Shown here: positions 56,261-64,000 of the stretch, in pieces
Layout of the letters: the number at the start of each line of letters is the position of its first letter
Position numbering within the stretch: position 1 is the first letter of the stretch
Assembly (NCBI GenBank): GCA_963803165.1
Contig: CAWDLK010000008.1
Location: forward strand, 8,790-72,789
DNA length: 64,000 nt
Direction: 5' to 3'
From: an uncultured Chloroflexia bacterium
GTDB lineage: Bacteria; Chloroflexota; Dormibacteria; Aeolococcales; Aeolococcaceae
Made by a program: the position numbers and the translations under genes
Notes under the pieces: generated by a model
The model's database searches: none
Seen by the model: the letters and a program-made list of their open reading frames with translations, nothing else
What the model was told of the DNA's origin: nothing

Positions 56261-57205
56261 ATGGCAGACATCGACGTCGAGGGCCTGGTCAAGAGGTACG
56301 GCGAGCTGGTCGCCGTCGACGGCGTGAGCTTTGCCGTGGAGAGGGGCGAGATCTTCGGCATGCTCGGCCCCAACGGGGCGGGCAAGACCACCACCCTGGA
56401 GATCATCGAGGGGCTCCGCTTCCCCGACGCGGGGCGGGTGAGCGTCCTCGGCACCGACGTGCTCGCCCATCCGGGGACGGTCAAGGAGCGGATCGGGGTG
56501 CAGCTCCAGGCCACCGCCCTCCCCGAGTTCACCCGGGTCCACGAGGCGATCGAGCTCTTCAGCGCCCTCTTCCGGCGAGCGCGGCCCACCGCCGAGGTGA
56601 TCGAGGAGTTCAACCTCGGGGAGAAGGTCGACGCCTACACGGACAAGCTGAGTGGCGGCCAGATGCAGCGGCTGAGCATCGCGCTGGCGCTGATCAACGA
56701 CCCCGACCTGGTCTTCCTCGACGAGCCGACCACCGGGCTCGACCCCCAGGCCCGGCTCAACATCTGGGAGATCGTCGAGGGGGTCCGCAAACGCGGCAAG
56801 ACGGTGGTGCTCACCACCCACTACATGGAGGAGGCCGAGCGGCTCTGCGACCGCGTCGCGGTCATCGACCGCGGACGGATCGTCGCCCTCGACACGCCCC
56901 GGCACCTCATCGCGGCGCACGCGCCCGGGACCACCGTCGAGTTCGCCGGGGTGCCGGGGCTCGACGCCGACACGCTGAGGCGCCTTCCCGGTGTGGAGCG
57001 CGTGGTCGTGGACGGCCGGATCAGCATCTCCACCCGCACCCCGGAGAGCGTCCTCCACGCGCTCCTCGACCCCGAGGCCTCGTGGGCGATGACCGCGAGC
57101 GACGGTGGCGACGAGACCGAGAACACGATCAAGGACCTGATGGTCCGGCACGGGACCCTCGAGGACGTATTCCTCAGCCTGACCGGCAGGAGCCTGCGCG
57201 AATGA
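56261..57205 (+). CDS. ABC-2-type exporter ATP-binding protein
   Basis: GGGAGGAG SD. GPNGAGKTTT, LSGGQMQRLSIA, LVFLDEPTTGLD. Confidence 0.85.
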   Translation: MADIDVEGLVKRYGELVAVDGVSFAVERGEIFGMLGPNGAGKTTTLEIIEGLRFPDAGRVSVLGTDVLAHPGTVKERIGVQLQATALPEFTRVHEAIELFSALFRRARPTAEVIEEFNLGEKVDAYTDKLSGGQMQRLSIALALINDPDLVFLDEPTTGLDPQARLNIWEIVEGVRKRGKTVVLTTHYMEEAERLCDRVAVIDRGRIVALDTPRHLIAAHAPGTTVEFAGVPGLDADTLRRLPGVERVVVDGRISISTRTPESVLHALLDPEASWAMTASDGGDETENTIKDLMVRHGTLEDVFLSLTGRSLRE

Positions 57206-58284
57206 AGGCCTTCCGCGCCCTCACCCTCAACCGGGTGCGCGCCTCGGTGCGCGACCGGACCGCCCTCATCTTCACGCTCGGCCTGGCGGTGCTCTTCATG
57301 GTCATCTTCGGCCTGCTCTTCGGGGGCAGCGGCGTCTCACTCACCTTGGACGCCGTCAACAACGACCACACGGGTGCGTCAGCCGGCTACCTCGCGGCGC
57401 TTCGCTCGGTCCCCGGCGTCGCCGTCGACGTGAAGCCGCACGCCGCCGCCTTCACCGACCTGAAGGACAACTCGGTCGTCGCGGTGCTCGTGATCCCCAA
57501 CGGTTTCGGCGCCGCCTACGCGGGTTCCGGACCATCTCAGAAGGTGGAGATCTACCAGGCCGGGGGCAGCTCCGCGTCCACCGCCATCGCGGATGACGTG
57601 GTGGCCAACGTGACCGCCGGTTTCGCCGCCGGCCAGGGCCACCCGACCATAACCCTGGGCACACCCCAGGCCTCCGCGGTGAATCAGGTCACCGAGATGG
57701 ACTACATCCTGCCCTCGATGATCGCCTACATCATCCTGTTCTCGGGGGTCAACTACGTCGCCATCGGCCTGGTCGAGATGCGCGTCAAGCAGGTCCTCCG
57801 CCGCTTCCGGGCCACCCCCGTCCGCTCCCGCACCATCCTCGCCGCCCAGGTGGTGGGCGGAGGGCTCATCGTCCTGCTCCAGATATTCGTCCTGGTGCTG
57901 ATCGGGATCTGGGCGTTCGGGGCCAGGAACTACGGCAGCTGGCTGCTCGTCATCCCGCCCATCCTGCTCGGGACCGCCGCCTTCGTCGGCATCGGATTCC
58001 TGATCACCAGCATCGCCAAGACCAGCGAGGCGGCGCGTGCCCTGGCGGCGATGATCACCTTCCCCCTGATGTTCCTGAGCGGCATCTTCTTCCCGATGAC
58101 GGGCCTGCCCGAGGTGGTGCAGGTCATCTCCCGCATCCTTCCCCTCGCCTGGGCGAGCGACGCGCTCCACCAGATCATGAACAACGGGGCCGGCTTCAGC
58201 GCCATCACCACCGACTGCCTGGTGATGGCCGCCTGGGCCGTGGGAGCGATCACCCTCGCCACTTGGAGGTTCCGCTGGGATTGA
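57202..58284 (+). CDS. ABC-2-type exporter permease
   Basis: ATGA overlap with the ATPase gene. It has an N-terminal TM, a large extracytoplasmic loop and five more TM helices. Confidence 0.8.
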   Translation: MKAFRALTLNRVRASVRDRTALIFTLGLAVLFMVIFGLLFGGSGVSLTLDAVNNDHTGASAGYLAALRSVPGVAVDVKPHAAAFTDLKDNSVVAVLVIPNGFGAAYAGSGPSQKVEIYQAGGSSASTAIADDVVANVTAGFAAGQGHPTITLGTPQASAVNQVTEMDYILPSMIAYIILFSGVNYVAIGLVEMRVKQVLRRFRATPVRSRTILAAQVVGGGLIVLLQIFVLVLIGIWAFGARNYGSWLLVIPPILLGTAAFVGIGFLITSIAKTSEAARALAAMITFPLMFLSGIFFPMTGLPEVVQVISRILPLAWASDALHQIMNNGAGFSAITTDCLVMAAWAVGAITLATWRFRWD

Positions 58285-58322
58285 GCCGCTGGCGCACGCC
58301 CCTGCGTCCGGCCCATAATCGC

Positions 58323-58500
58323 GGTCACACCTGAATACACGCCCCGGGTGACGGGAAGCCGGTGAGATTCCGGCACTGTCGCGCAACTGTGAGCGGGGAG
58401 CCGAGGTCAGCGTGCCACTGCGAGACGCATGTCTCGTGGGAAGGCGACCGATGGCGACGATCCGCAAGCCAGGAGACCGGCTCGAGGCGGGACTCCACCC
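58323..58500 (+). promoter_or_regulatory. Cobalamin (B12) riboswitch
   Basis: GGTGACGGGAAGCCGGTGAGATTCCGGCACTGTCGCGCAACTGTGAGCGGGGAGCC ... B12 box GTGCCACTG (58412-58420) ... GGGAAGGCG ... GCAAGCCAGGAGACCGGC. Lies upstream of 58585..60819. Confidence 0.8.
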
Positions 58501-58584
58501 CCGCGCGTGACGGGAGGACGGCCTCATGGCGGCGAGGATGCCTTCGGCGAGGTGGAGCACCATCGCCGCCTGAGGAGCAGTGGG

Positions 58585-60819
58585 ATGACGGGATCCCGCA
58601 GGTGCGCCGGCGTGGTGGCGGCATTGGGCCTGATCTCGGCATGTCTCGCGCTGGGGCTGCATCCAGGCGGCGTCGTGCAGGCCCAGCAGGACCCGGCGTC
58701 ACGCGCGATCGCCTACCTGGAGGCGCAGCAGCAGGGGGACGGGTCGATCCCGGAGTCGGGAGGCGGCTACGCGGACAGCGAGCTGTACGCGATCAGCGCG
58801 GCGGCCGACGGTTACGACCCCGGCGCGCTGACCGCGTCGTCGGGGGTGTCGGTGATGAGCTACCTGGCGAGCAGCGCCGCCAGCGCCTGCACCGCCGCCG
58901 ACCCGGGCGGCTGCGGGGAGCTGATCCAGGCGGTGGTCGCCGCCGGGGACGACCCCGCGAGCTTCGGGGGCGAGGACCTGCTCACCACCCTGGGATCCGC
59001 CTACGACGCGGCCACCGGTGAGTACGGCAAGGGCGAGGCGTTCACCGAGGCGCTGGCCATCCAGGGGCTGGTGGCCGCCGGCCAGCCGGTGCCCGCCGCC
59101 GCCGTGGCATTCCTGGTGAACGCGCAGGACAGTGACGGGGGCTGGGACTACCAGGACCACGCCGACGACCCGGACGCGGCCGCCGACTACGACCTGAGCG
59201 ACACCAACTCGACGGCGATGGTGCTGATGGCGCTGGACGCGGCCGGGGACCACGCCCTGGACGCGGGCGGGCTGGCCTGGCTGGCGACCCAGCAGGACGG
59301 CGACGGCGGCTTCCCCTACCAGGCGGGGGCGGGCAGCGACCCGGACTCGACGGGGCTGGTGGTGCAGGCGATCGTCGCCACCGGAGACGACCCCTACGCG
59401 GCGGCATGGACGGTGGGAGGGGGCACGCCGCTCGGCTTCCTGGAGGCGACCCAGGACGCGGACGGCGGCTGGACCTTCCCGGGTGGCGCAGGCCCCGACC
59501 CCTTCACGACCAGTGAGGTCCCCCTCGCGCTGCTCCTTCAGCCCTACCCCGTGCGGGCCACCTTCACGGCCGGTCACACCCCTGGCCGGGAGGACCGGTC
59601 GATCCTCAACTCCCTCCTCTACCTGGAGGCGCAGCAGCAGGGGGACGGGTCGATCCCGGAGTCGGGAGGCGGCTACGCGGACAGCGAGCTGTACGCGATC
59701 AGCGCGGCGGCCGACGGTTACGACCCCGGCGCGCTGACCGCGTCGTCGGGGGTGTCGGTGATGAGCTACCTGGCGAGCAGCGCCGCCAGCGCCTGCACCG
59801 CCGCCGACCCGGGCGGCTGCGGGGAGCTGATCCAGGCGGTGGTCGCCGCCGGGGACGACCCCGCGAGCTTCGGGGGCGAGGACCTGCTCACCACCCTGGG
59901 ATCCGCCTACGACGCGGCCACCGGTGAGTACGGCAAGGGCGAGGCGTTCACCGAGGCGCTGGCCATCCAGGGGCTGGTGGCCGCCGGCCAGCCGGTGCCC
60001 GCCGCCGCCGTGGCATTCCTGGTGAACGCGCAGGACAGTGACGGGGGCTGGGACTACCAGGACCACGCCGACGACCCGGACGCGGCCGCCGACTACGACC
60101 TGAGCGACACCAACTCGACGGCGATGGTGCTGATGGCGCTGGACGCGGCCGGGGACCACGCCCTGGACGCGGGCGGGCTGGCCTGGCTGGCGACCCAGCA
60201 GGACGGCGACGGCGGCTTCCCCTACCAGGCGGGGGCGGGCAGCGACCCGGACTCGACGGGGCTGGTGGTGCAGGCGATCGTCGCCACCGGAGACGACCCC
60301 TACGCGGCGGCATGGACGGTGGGAGGGGGCACGCCGCTCGGCTTCCTGGAGGCGACCCAGGACGCGGACGGCGGCTGGACCTTCCCGGGTGGCGCAGGCC
60401 CCGACCCCTTCACGACCAGTGAGGTCCCGCTCGCGCTCGAGCGGCTGGCCTTCCCGGTCGCCTTCGCCAGCCGGGAGTGGTACACGCCCGGAGCCGCCCT
60501 GGGCAGCTCCCCCGCCGCCTCGCCCAGCCCCACCGCCATGCCGTCGTCCGGCCCCCCGGCCGGGGTGATCACGGCCTCGCCGCCCTCCAGCGCCACCGCC
60601 ACCCCCTCGCCGTCGTCGCAGGTCCAGGCGGTGGCGACCACACCCGCGCCGGTGGCGGCGGCCTCGCCGTCCCCTGATGCCACGTCGATCCGACCCATCG
60701 CCGCCACGCCCGCGCCGCACCCCGGCGGCCTGCCCGCCGCCCTCGTCTACGCGCTGGTGGCCCTCGCCGTCGCGGCCGCGGTCGGCGGCGGCGGGATGGT
60801 GATGGCGGCGCGGCGATGA
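58585..60819 (+). CDS. Surface-anchored protein with two tandem prenyltransferase/squalene-oxidase-type alpha/alpha-toroid modules (candidate cobalamin-capture protein)
   Basis: GAGGAG lies 7 nt before ATG 58585. Signal peptide MTGSRRCAGVVAALGLISACLAL. QW-like repeats (AQQQGDGSIPE, NAQDSDGGWDYQ, TQQDGDGGFPYQ, ATQDADGGWTFP) occur twice. Pro/Ser/Ala linker and a C-terminal TM followed by RR. Confidence 0.7.
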   Translation: MTGSRRCAGVVAALGLISACLALGLHPGGVVQAQQDPASRAIAYLEAQQQGDGSIPESGGGYADSELYAISAAADGYDPGALTASSGVSVMSYLASSAASACTAADPGGCGELIQAVVAAGDDPASFGGEDLLTTLGSAYDAATGEYGKGEAFTEALAIQGLVAAGQPVPAAAVAFLVNAQDSDGGWDYQDHADDPDAAADYDLSDTNSTAMVLMALDAAGDHALDAGGLAWLATQQDGDGGFPYQAGAGSDPDSTGLVVQAIVATGDDPYAAAWTVGGGTPLGFLEATQDADGGWTFPGGAGPDPFTTSEVPLALLLQPYPVRATFTAGHTPGREDRSILNSLLYLEAQQQGDGSIPESGGGYADSELYAISAAADGYDPGALTASSGVSVMSYLASSAASACTAADPGGCGELIQAVVAAGDDPASFGGEDLLTTLGSAYDAATGEYGKGEAFTEALAIQGLVAAGQPVPAAAVAFLVNAQDSDGGWDYQDHADDPDAAADYDLSDTNSTAMVLMALDAAGDHALDAGGLAWLATQQDGDGGFPYQAGAGSDPDSTGLVVQAIVATGDDPYAAAWTVGGGTPLGFLEATQDADGGWTFPGGAGPDPFTTSEVPLALERLAFPVAFASREWYTPGAALGSSPAASPSPTAMPSSGPPAGVITASPPSSATATPSPSSQVQAVATTPAPVAAASPSPDATSIRPIAATPAPHPGGLPAALVYALVALAVAAAVGGGGMVMAARR
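58713..60437 (+). repeat. 819-bp near-perfect direct duplication (58713-59531 and 59619-60437, period 906 nt)
   Basis: The two copies translate identically on both strands; for example, antisense ORFs 59042..59407 and 59948..60313 are identical and offset by 906. One mismatch was seen near the 3' edge (59523 c versus 60429 g). Confidence 0.85.
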
Positions 60820-61613
60820 CGGCGCGCCCGCTGCTCCACGCCCTCGCCATCGCCGTCCTCGGCGCGGCGGTCGGCCTGGGCGGCAGCGCGGCCCGGCTGT
60901 TCCCCGCGGCCTCGACGTGCACGGCCGCCGCCTACAGCGGCCACGTGACCCTGGTCGTCGAGCACGGTGACGCGCGGGTGATCGGGCTGTGCATCGGCTT
61001 CGACGGCTCGAGCATCACCGGCGAGGAGATCCTCCAGGCGAGCGGCCTCGAGTACGCGACCGCCGGCTACGCCACGCTCGGCGACGCCGTCTGCCAGATC
61101 GACGACGAGCCGGCGGCCTACACCTCCTGCCTGCCGTCGAGCGGCCCCTACTGGGTGGTCTTCGTCGCCCGCGGGGGAGGCGCGTGGCAGGCGGGCGGCA
61201 ACGGCATCTCGACCGAGACCTTCGCGAGCGGCGACGCCGAGGGCTTCCGCTACGACCCGCAGGAGGGCGCCGACCCGCCGCCCGCCTCGCCGGCCGGGAT
61301 CTGCGCCGCCGCCCTGGGCGGGTCATCCACCAGCCCTGCCGGCTCGCAGAGCGGGGGCGCGTCGGGATCGGGAGGCGGCGCGGGATCCGGTGGCGCTCCG
61401 TCCCCCGCCTCCACCCCGACACCGGCCGGCAGCGCGGTCGCGGTGGGGAGTGGTGAGCCGTCCGCCGCCGTCATCGCCCCCGTCACCGGCTCCACGGCGC
61501 TGGCCTCGGCGAGCTCGGGCGTGAGCCCCGGGCTGATCGTGGTCGCCGCGGTCTTCGGCGCGCTCGTCGGGCTGCTCGTGGTCCAGCTCTGGCTTCGGCG
61601 GCGACGGACGTGA
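60816..61613 (+). CDS. Secreted and anchored DUF4430-like (transcobalamin beta-domain-like) protein
   Basis: ATGA overlap with the upstream gene. Signal peptide. GHVTLVVEHGD...ITGEEILQASGLEY...GPYWVVFVARGGGAWQAGGNGISTETFASGDAEGFRY. Low-complexity linker, APVTG, TM, RRRR. Confidence 0.6.
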   Translation: MTARPLLHALAIAVLGAAVGLGGSAARLFPAASTCTAAAYSGHVTLVVEHGDARVIGLCIGFDGSSITGEEILQASGLEYATAGYATLGDAVCQIDDEPAAYTSCLPSSGPYWVVFVARGGGAWQAGGNGISTETFASGDAEGFRYDPQEGADPPPASPAGICAAALGGSSTSPAGSQSGGASGSGGGAGSGGAPSPASTPTPAGSAVAVGSGEPSAAVIAPVTGSTALASASSGVSPGLIVVAAVFGALVGLLVVQLWLRRRRT

Positions 61614-62434
61614 ACACCCGCGCCCTGGCGGCGTGGTCGGGAGCGGGGCTGGTGATCGTGCTCTCGACCAGCAACCCCGTGTACCGAGGCGTGGTCCTGC
61701 TCTGTGCCCTCAACCTCCTGCTCGCCCGGGCGCGCCGCGGCGTGGGACCCCGCCTGCTCCTCACGGGGATCGGGATCGCCGCGCTCACGGCCACCGCGAT
61801 CACGCTGCTGCTCAGCCACACCGGAGAGCACGTCCTCGCCCGGCTGCCGTCGGGAATCCCGGCGATCGGAGGCACCCTCACCCTCGAGGCACTGGCCTTC
61901 GGGCTCGCCACCGGCCTGGGCATCGCCGCGGCGATGCTGGCGGTGGCGCCGCTCACCCTGATCAGCCAGACCCACGAGCTGGTCGACGCACTGCCCCCGG
62001 CGCTGGCGCGCACCGGCGCCGCGATCGGCGCGGCGCTCAACATGATCCCCGGCACGGTGCGCAGCGCCGCCGAGATCCGCGACGCTCAGCGGATGCGGGG
62101 ATGGCGGGCTCGCCGGGTGGTCGACTGGCCGGCGGTCGCGGTGCCGGTGGTGCTCACCGCCATCGAGGGCTCGGTGACGCTCGCGGAGGCGATGGAGTCG
62201 CGTGCCTACGGAGCGGTGGCGCGCACGCATTTCGGCGTCGAGCGCTGGAGCGGCTTCGACACGCTGGTTGCGCTGGGAGCCCTGCTCGCCGCCGCCGGGT
62301 TTCTCGCCCTCACCCTCAGCGGCCAGGCGCCGGGCTGGTTCCCCTTCCCGGTGCTCACGCTCCCCACCGTCAGCGTCCCCGCGGTGCTCTGCTGCGCGCT
62401 GCTGGTCCTGCCCTCGCTGGGTGCGCGCCGCTAG
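61610..62434 (+). CDS. ECF-transporter T component (CbiQ/EcfT family)
   Basis: GTGA overlap. Multi-TM protein with conserved C-terminal ...RSAAEIRDAQRMRG...IEGSVTLAEAMESRAYG. Confidence 0.75.
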   Translation: MNTRALAAWSGAGLVIVLSTSNPVYRGVVLLCALNLLLARARRGVGPRLLLTGIGIAALTATAITLLLSHTGEHVLARLPSGIPAIGGTLTLEALAFGLATGLGIAAAMLAVAPLTLISQTHELVDALPPALARTGAAIGAALNMIPGTVRSAAEIRDAQRMRGWRARRVVDWPAVAVPVVLTAIEGSVTLAEAMESRAYGAVARTHFGVERWSGFDTLVALGALLAAAGFLALTLSGQAPGWFPFPVLTLPTVSVPAVLCCALLVLPSLGARR

Positions 62435-63790
62435 ATGGAGACGGTCGCCTTCACCGGTCTCCGCTACGCCTACCCGGGCAGTGCGGCGCGCGTGCTCGAC
62501 GGAGTGGACCTCCTGATCAACTCCGGGCTGGTGCTGCTGGCCGGTGCCTCGGGGAGCGGCAAGTCAACGCTGCTGCGCGTCTGCAACGGGCTCATCCCGC
62601 ACTTCCACGGCGGGGTGATCGGCGGCGGCGCGCGGGTGCTGGGCCGGGACGTGCTGCGCACCCCCACCCGCGAGCTCGCCCGGGACGTCGGCTTCGTCTT
62701 CCAGGACCCGGAGCTCCAGGCGGTCTATCCCAGCGTCGAGCGTGACGCCGCCTTCGGCCTGGAGAACCTCGGCATCGGGCGCGCCGAGATGCTGCGCCGT
62801 GTCGACGGTGCGCTCGAGATGTGCGGGATCGCGCCGCTCCGCGGCCGGGCGGTCGCCACCCTCTCCGGCGGCGAACGCCAGCGCCTCGCGCTCGCCGGCG
62901 TCCTCGCCATGCGTCCGCGCCTGCTGGTCCTCGACGAGCCCTTCTCGCAGCTCGATCCGGACGGGGCGCGGGCGCTGCTCGCCGCGCTCGAGGCCGCGGT
63001 CGGAGCGGGCACCACCGTCCTGGTCGCCGAGCACCGCCAGCACCTGCTCGCGCACCGCGCCGACCGCCGGCTCCTGATGGCGGGCGGCCGGGTCGAGGAC
63101 TGGGCGGCGCCGGCATCGGAGGGCTCGCCCGCCGTGCCATCGCGCCGCGCTGCGCCGGTGTCCGAACCAAGCTGGAGCCTTCACCACGTCAGCGCCGGCC
63201 ACGCTGGCGTGCCGGTCCTCCACGACCTCGACCTGGCGGGCGGGCGTGGCGAGGTGGTGGCGCTCACCGGCGCCAACGGCAGTGGCAAGACCACCCTGCT
63301 GCGCACCATCGCCGGGCTGCTGACGCCGCTCTCCGGGCGGGTGGAGCGGTTTCCCGGACGGATCGCCTATCTGCCCCAGAACCCGGCGGCGCTGCTCCAC
63401 CGGGCGACGGTGCGCTCCGAGGTCGCCTGGACCCTGCGGCGCACCCGCTCCGAGGGCACACCCGAGACGGTGCTCGGCGAGCTGGGTCTGAGTGCCGTCG
63501 CCGGCCGTGATCCGCGGGACCTCAGCACCGGCCAGCGGCAGCGCGCCGCGCTCGCCTGCGTGCTCGCCGGGGAGCCGTCGCTGGCGCTGCTCGACGAGCC
63601 GACCCGGGGGATGGACGATGCCGCGCGCCGCGCCCTCATCGCGGCGGTGGGCCGCATCACCGAGCGCGGCGGGGGCGCGGTGGTGGCCACCCACGACCGG
63701 GCGCTGGTGGCGGCGGTGGCCACCCGCGTGGTCGAGCTGCGGGGCGGCGGCGCCCGCGAGCGATCGCCGCAGCTCGCGGTGTCCCGATGA
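62435..63790 (+). CDS. Fused double ABC ATPase (EcfA-EcfA'/CbiO-like)
   Basis: Two ABC cassettes: GASGSGKST...LSGGERQRLALA...LVLDEPFSQLD, then GANGSGKTT...LSTGQRQRAALA...ALLDEPTRGMD. Confidence 0.85.
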   Translation: METVAFTGLRYAYPGSAARVLDGVDLLINSGLVLLAGASGSGKSTLLRVCNGLIPHFHGGVIGGGARVLGRDVLRTPTRELARDVGFVFQDPELQAVYPSVERDAAFGLENLGIGRAEMLRRVDGALEMCGIAPLRGRAVATLSGGERQRLALAGVLAMRPRLLVLDEPFSQLDPDGARALLAALEAAVGAGTTVLVAEHRQHLLAHRADRRLLMAGGRVEDWAAPASEGSPAVPSRRAAPVSEPSWSLHHVSAGHAGVPVLHDLDLAGGRGEVVALTGANGSGKTTLLRTIAGLLTPLSGRVERFPGRIAYLPQNPAALLHRATVRSEVAWTLRRTRSEGTPETVLGELGLSAVAGRDPRDLSTGQRQRAALACVLAGEPSLALLDEPTRGMDDAARRALIAAVGRITERGGGAVVATHDRALVAAVATRVVELRGGGARERSPQLAVSR

Positions 63791-64000
63791 TGCTGGCGGG
63801 GGCGTCGCTGCTCGGAGCCGCGCTCTTCCTCTGGCCCTTCCTCGCCTCCGGCGCGCCCACGCCGGTGGTCACGCTCTCCCTGGCGCTCGGCACCCTGGCC
63901 GCGCTCGCGGCGGTGGAGGTGGCGGCGCGCCGTCTCGACGCGCGCCGCTTCGCGCTGCTCGCCGCCATCGCCGGCATCGACGCCGCCCTGCGGCTGGTGC
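63787..64000 (+). CDS. Membrane protein, candidate ECF S component (partial, runs off window)
   Basis: ATGA overlap with the ATPase stop. Manual translation gives MMLAGASLLGAALFLWPFLASGAPTPVVTLSLALGTLAALAAVEVAARRL..., with no stop before the window ends. Confidence 0.4.
   Translation, partial: MMLAGASLLGAALFLWPFLASGAPTPVVTLSLALGTLAALAAVEVAARRLDARRFALLAAIAGIDAALRLV

Noticed and set aside
58585-60819. Annotating the QW-repeat protein as a terpene cyclase or prenyltransferase enzyme.
   Set aside because: It is secreted and membrane-anchored, lacks obvious catalytic Asp-rich motifs (DxDD / DDxxD) in the expected context, and sits behind a cobalamin riboswitch with an ECF importer. A binding role fits better, though this remains inference.

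Overview
The window is very GC-rich DNA with dense, mostly well-recognisable genes. The gene content (PspC-type sensor kinase with a LuxR regulator, many lipoproteins, frequent leaderless starts) fits an actinobacterium-like terrabacterial chromosome, but the taxon is an inference.

Core metabolism dominates:
- An eight-gene branched-chain amino-acid operon, ilvB-ilvN-ilvC-leuA-leuC-leuD-leuB-cimA, lies on the minus strand. ilvD is divergent from it.
- A DAHP synthase/chorismate mutase fusion, homogentisate dioxygenase, an aminotransferase, a polar amino-acid ABC importer, a ROK glucokinase, a Gnd-like dehydrogenase, HtrA and RidA are present.
- There are two ABC-2 exporters, one paired with a TetR regulator.
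- A PspC-kinase/LuxR/LiaF-like envelope-stress cluster is present.

Accessory content:
- A decaying IS256-family element.
- Two very large repeat-domain surface proteins flanking two tRNA-Ser genes.
- A 5 kb AT-richer block (38.4-43.2 kb). Six co-oriented copies of a structured, imperfectly palindromic repeat divide it into single-gene units.
- A cobalamin riboswitch in front of a surface-anchored alpha/alpha-toroid protein, a DUF4430-like protein and an ECF-type transporter. The toroid protein carries an 819-bp near-perfect internal duplication.

Two short leader peptides missing from the ORF track look like attenuators. One is Leu/Val/Ile-rich and lies upstream of ilvB; the other is Phe/Tyr-rich and lies upstream of the DAHP synthase.

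Four conserved genes carry single-base frameshifts at short homopolymers. This may reflect assembly errors rather than biology.

No rRNA genes or CRISPR arrays were seen.
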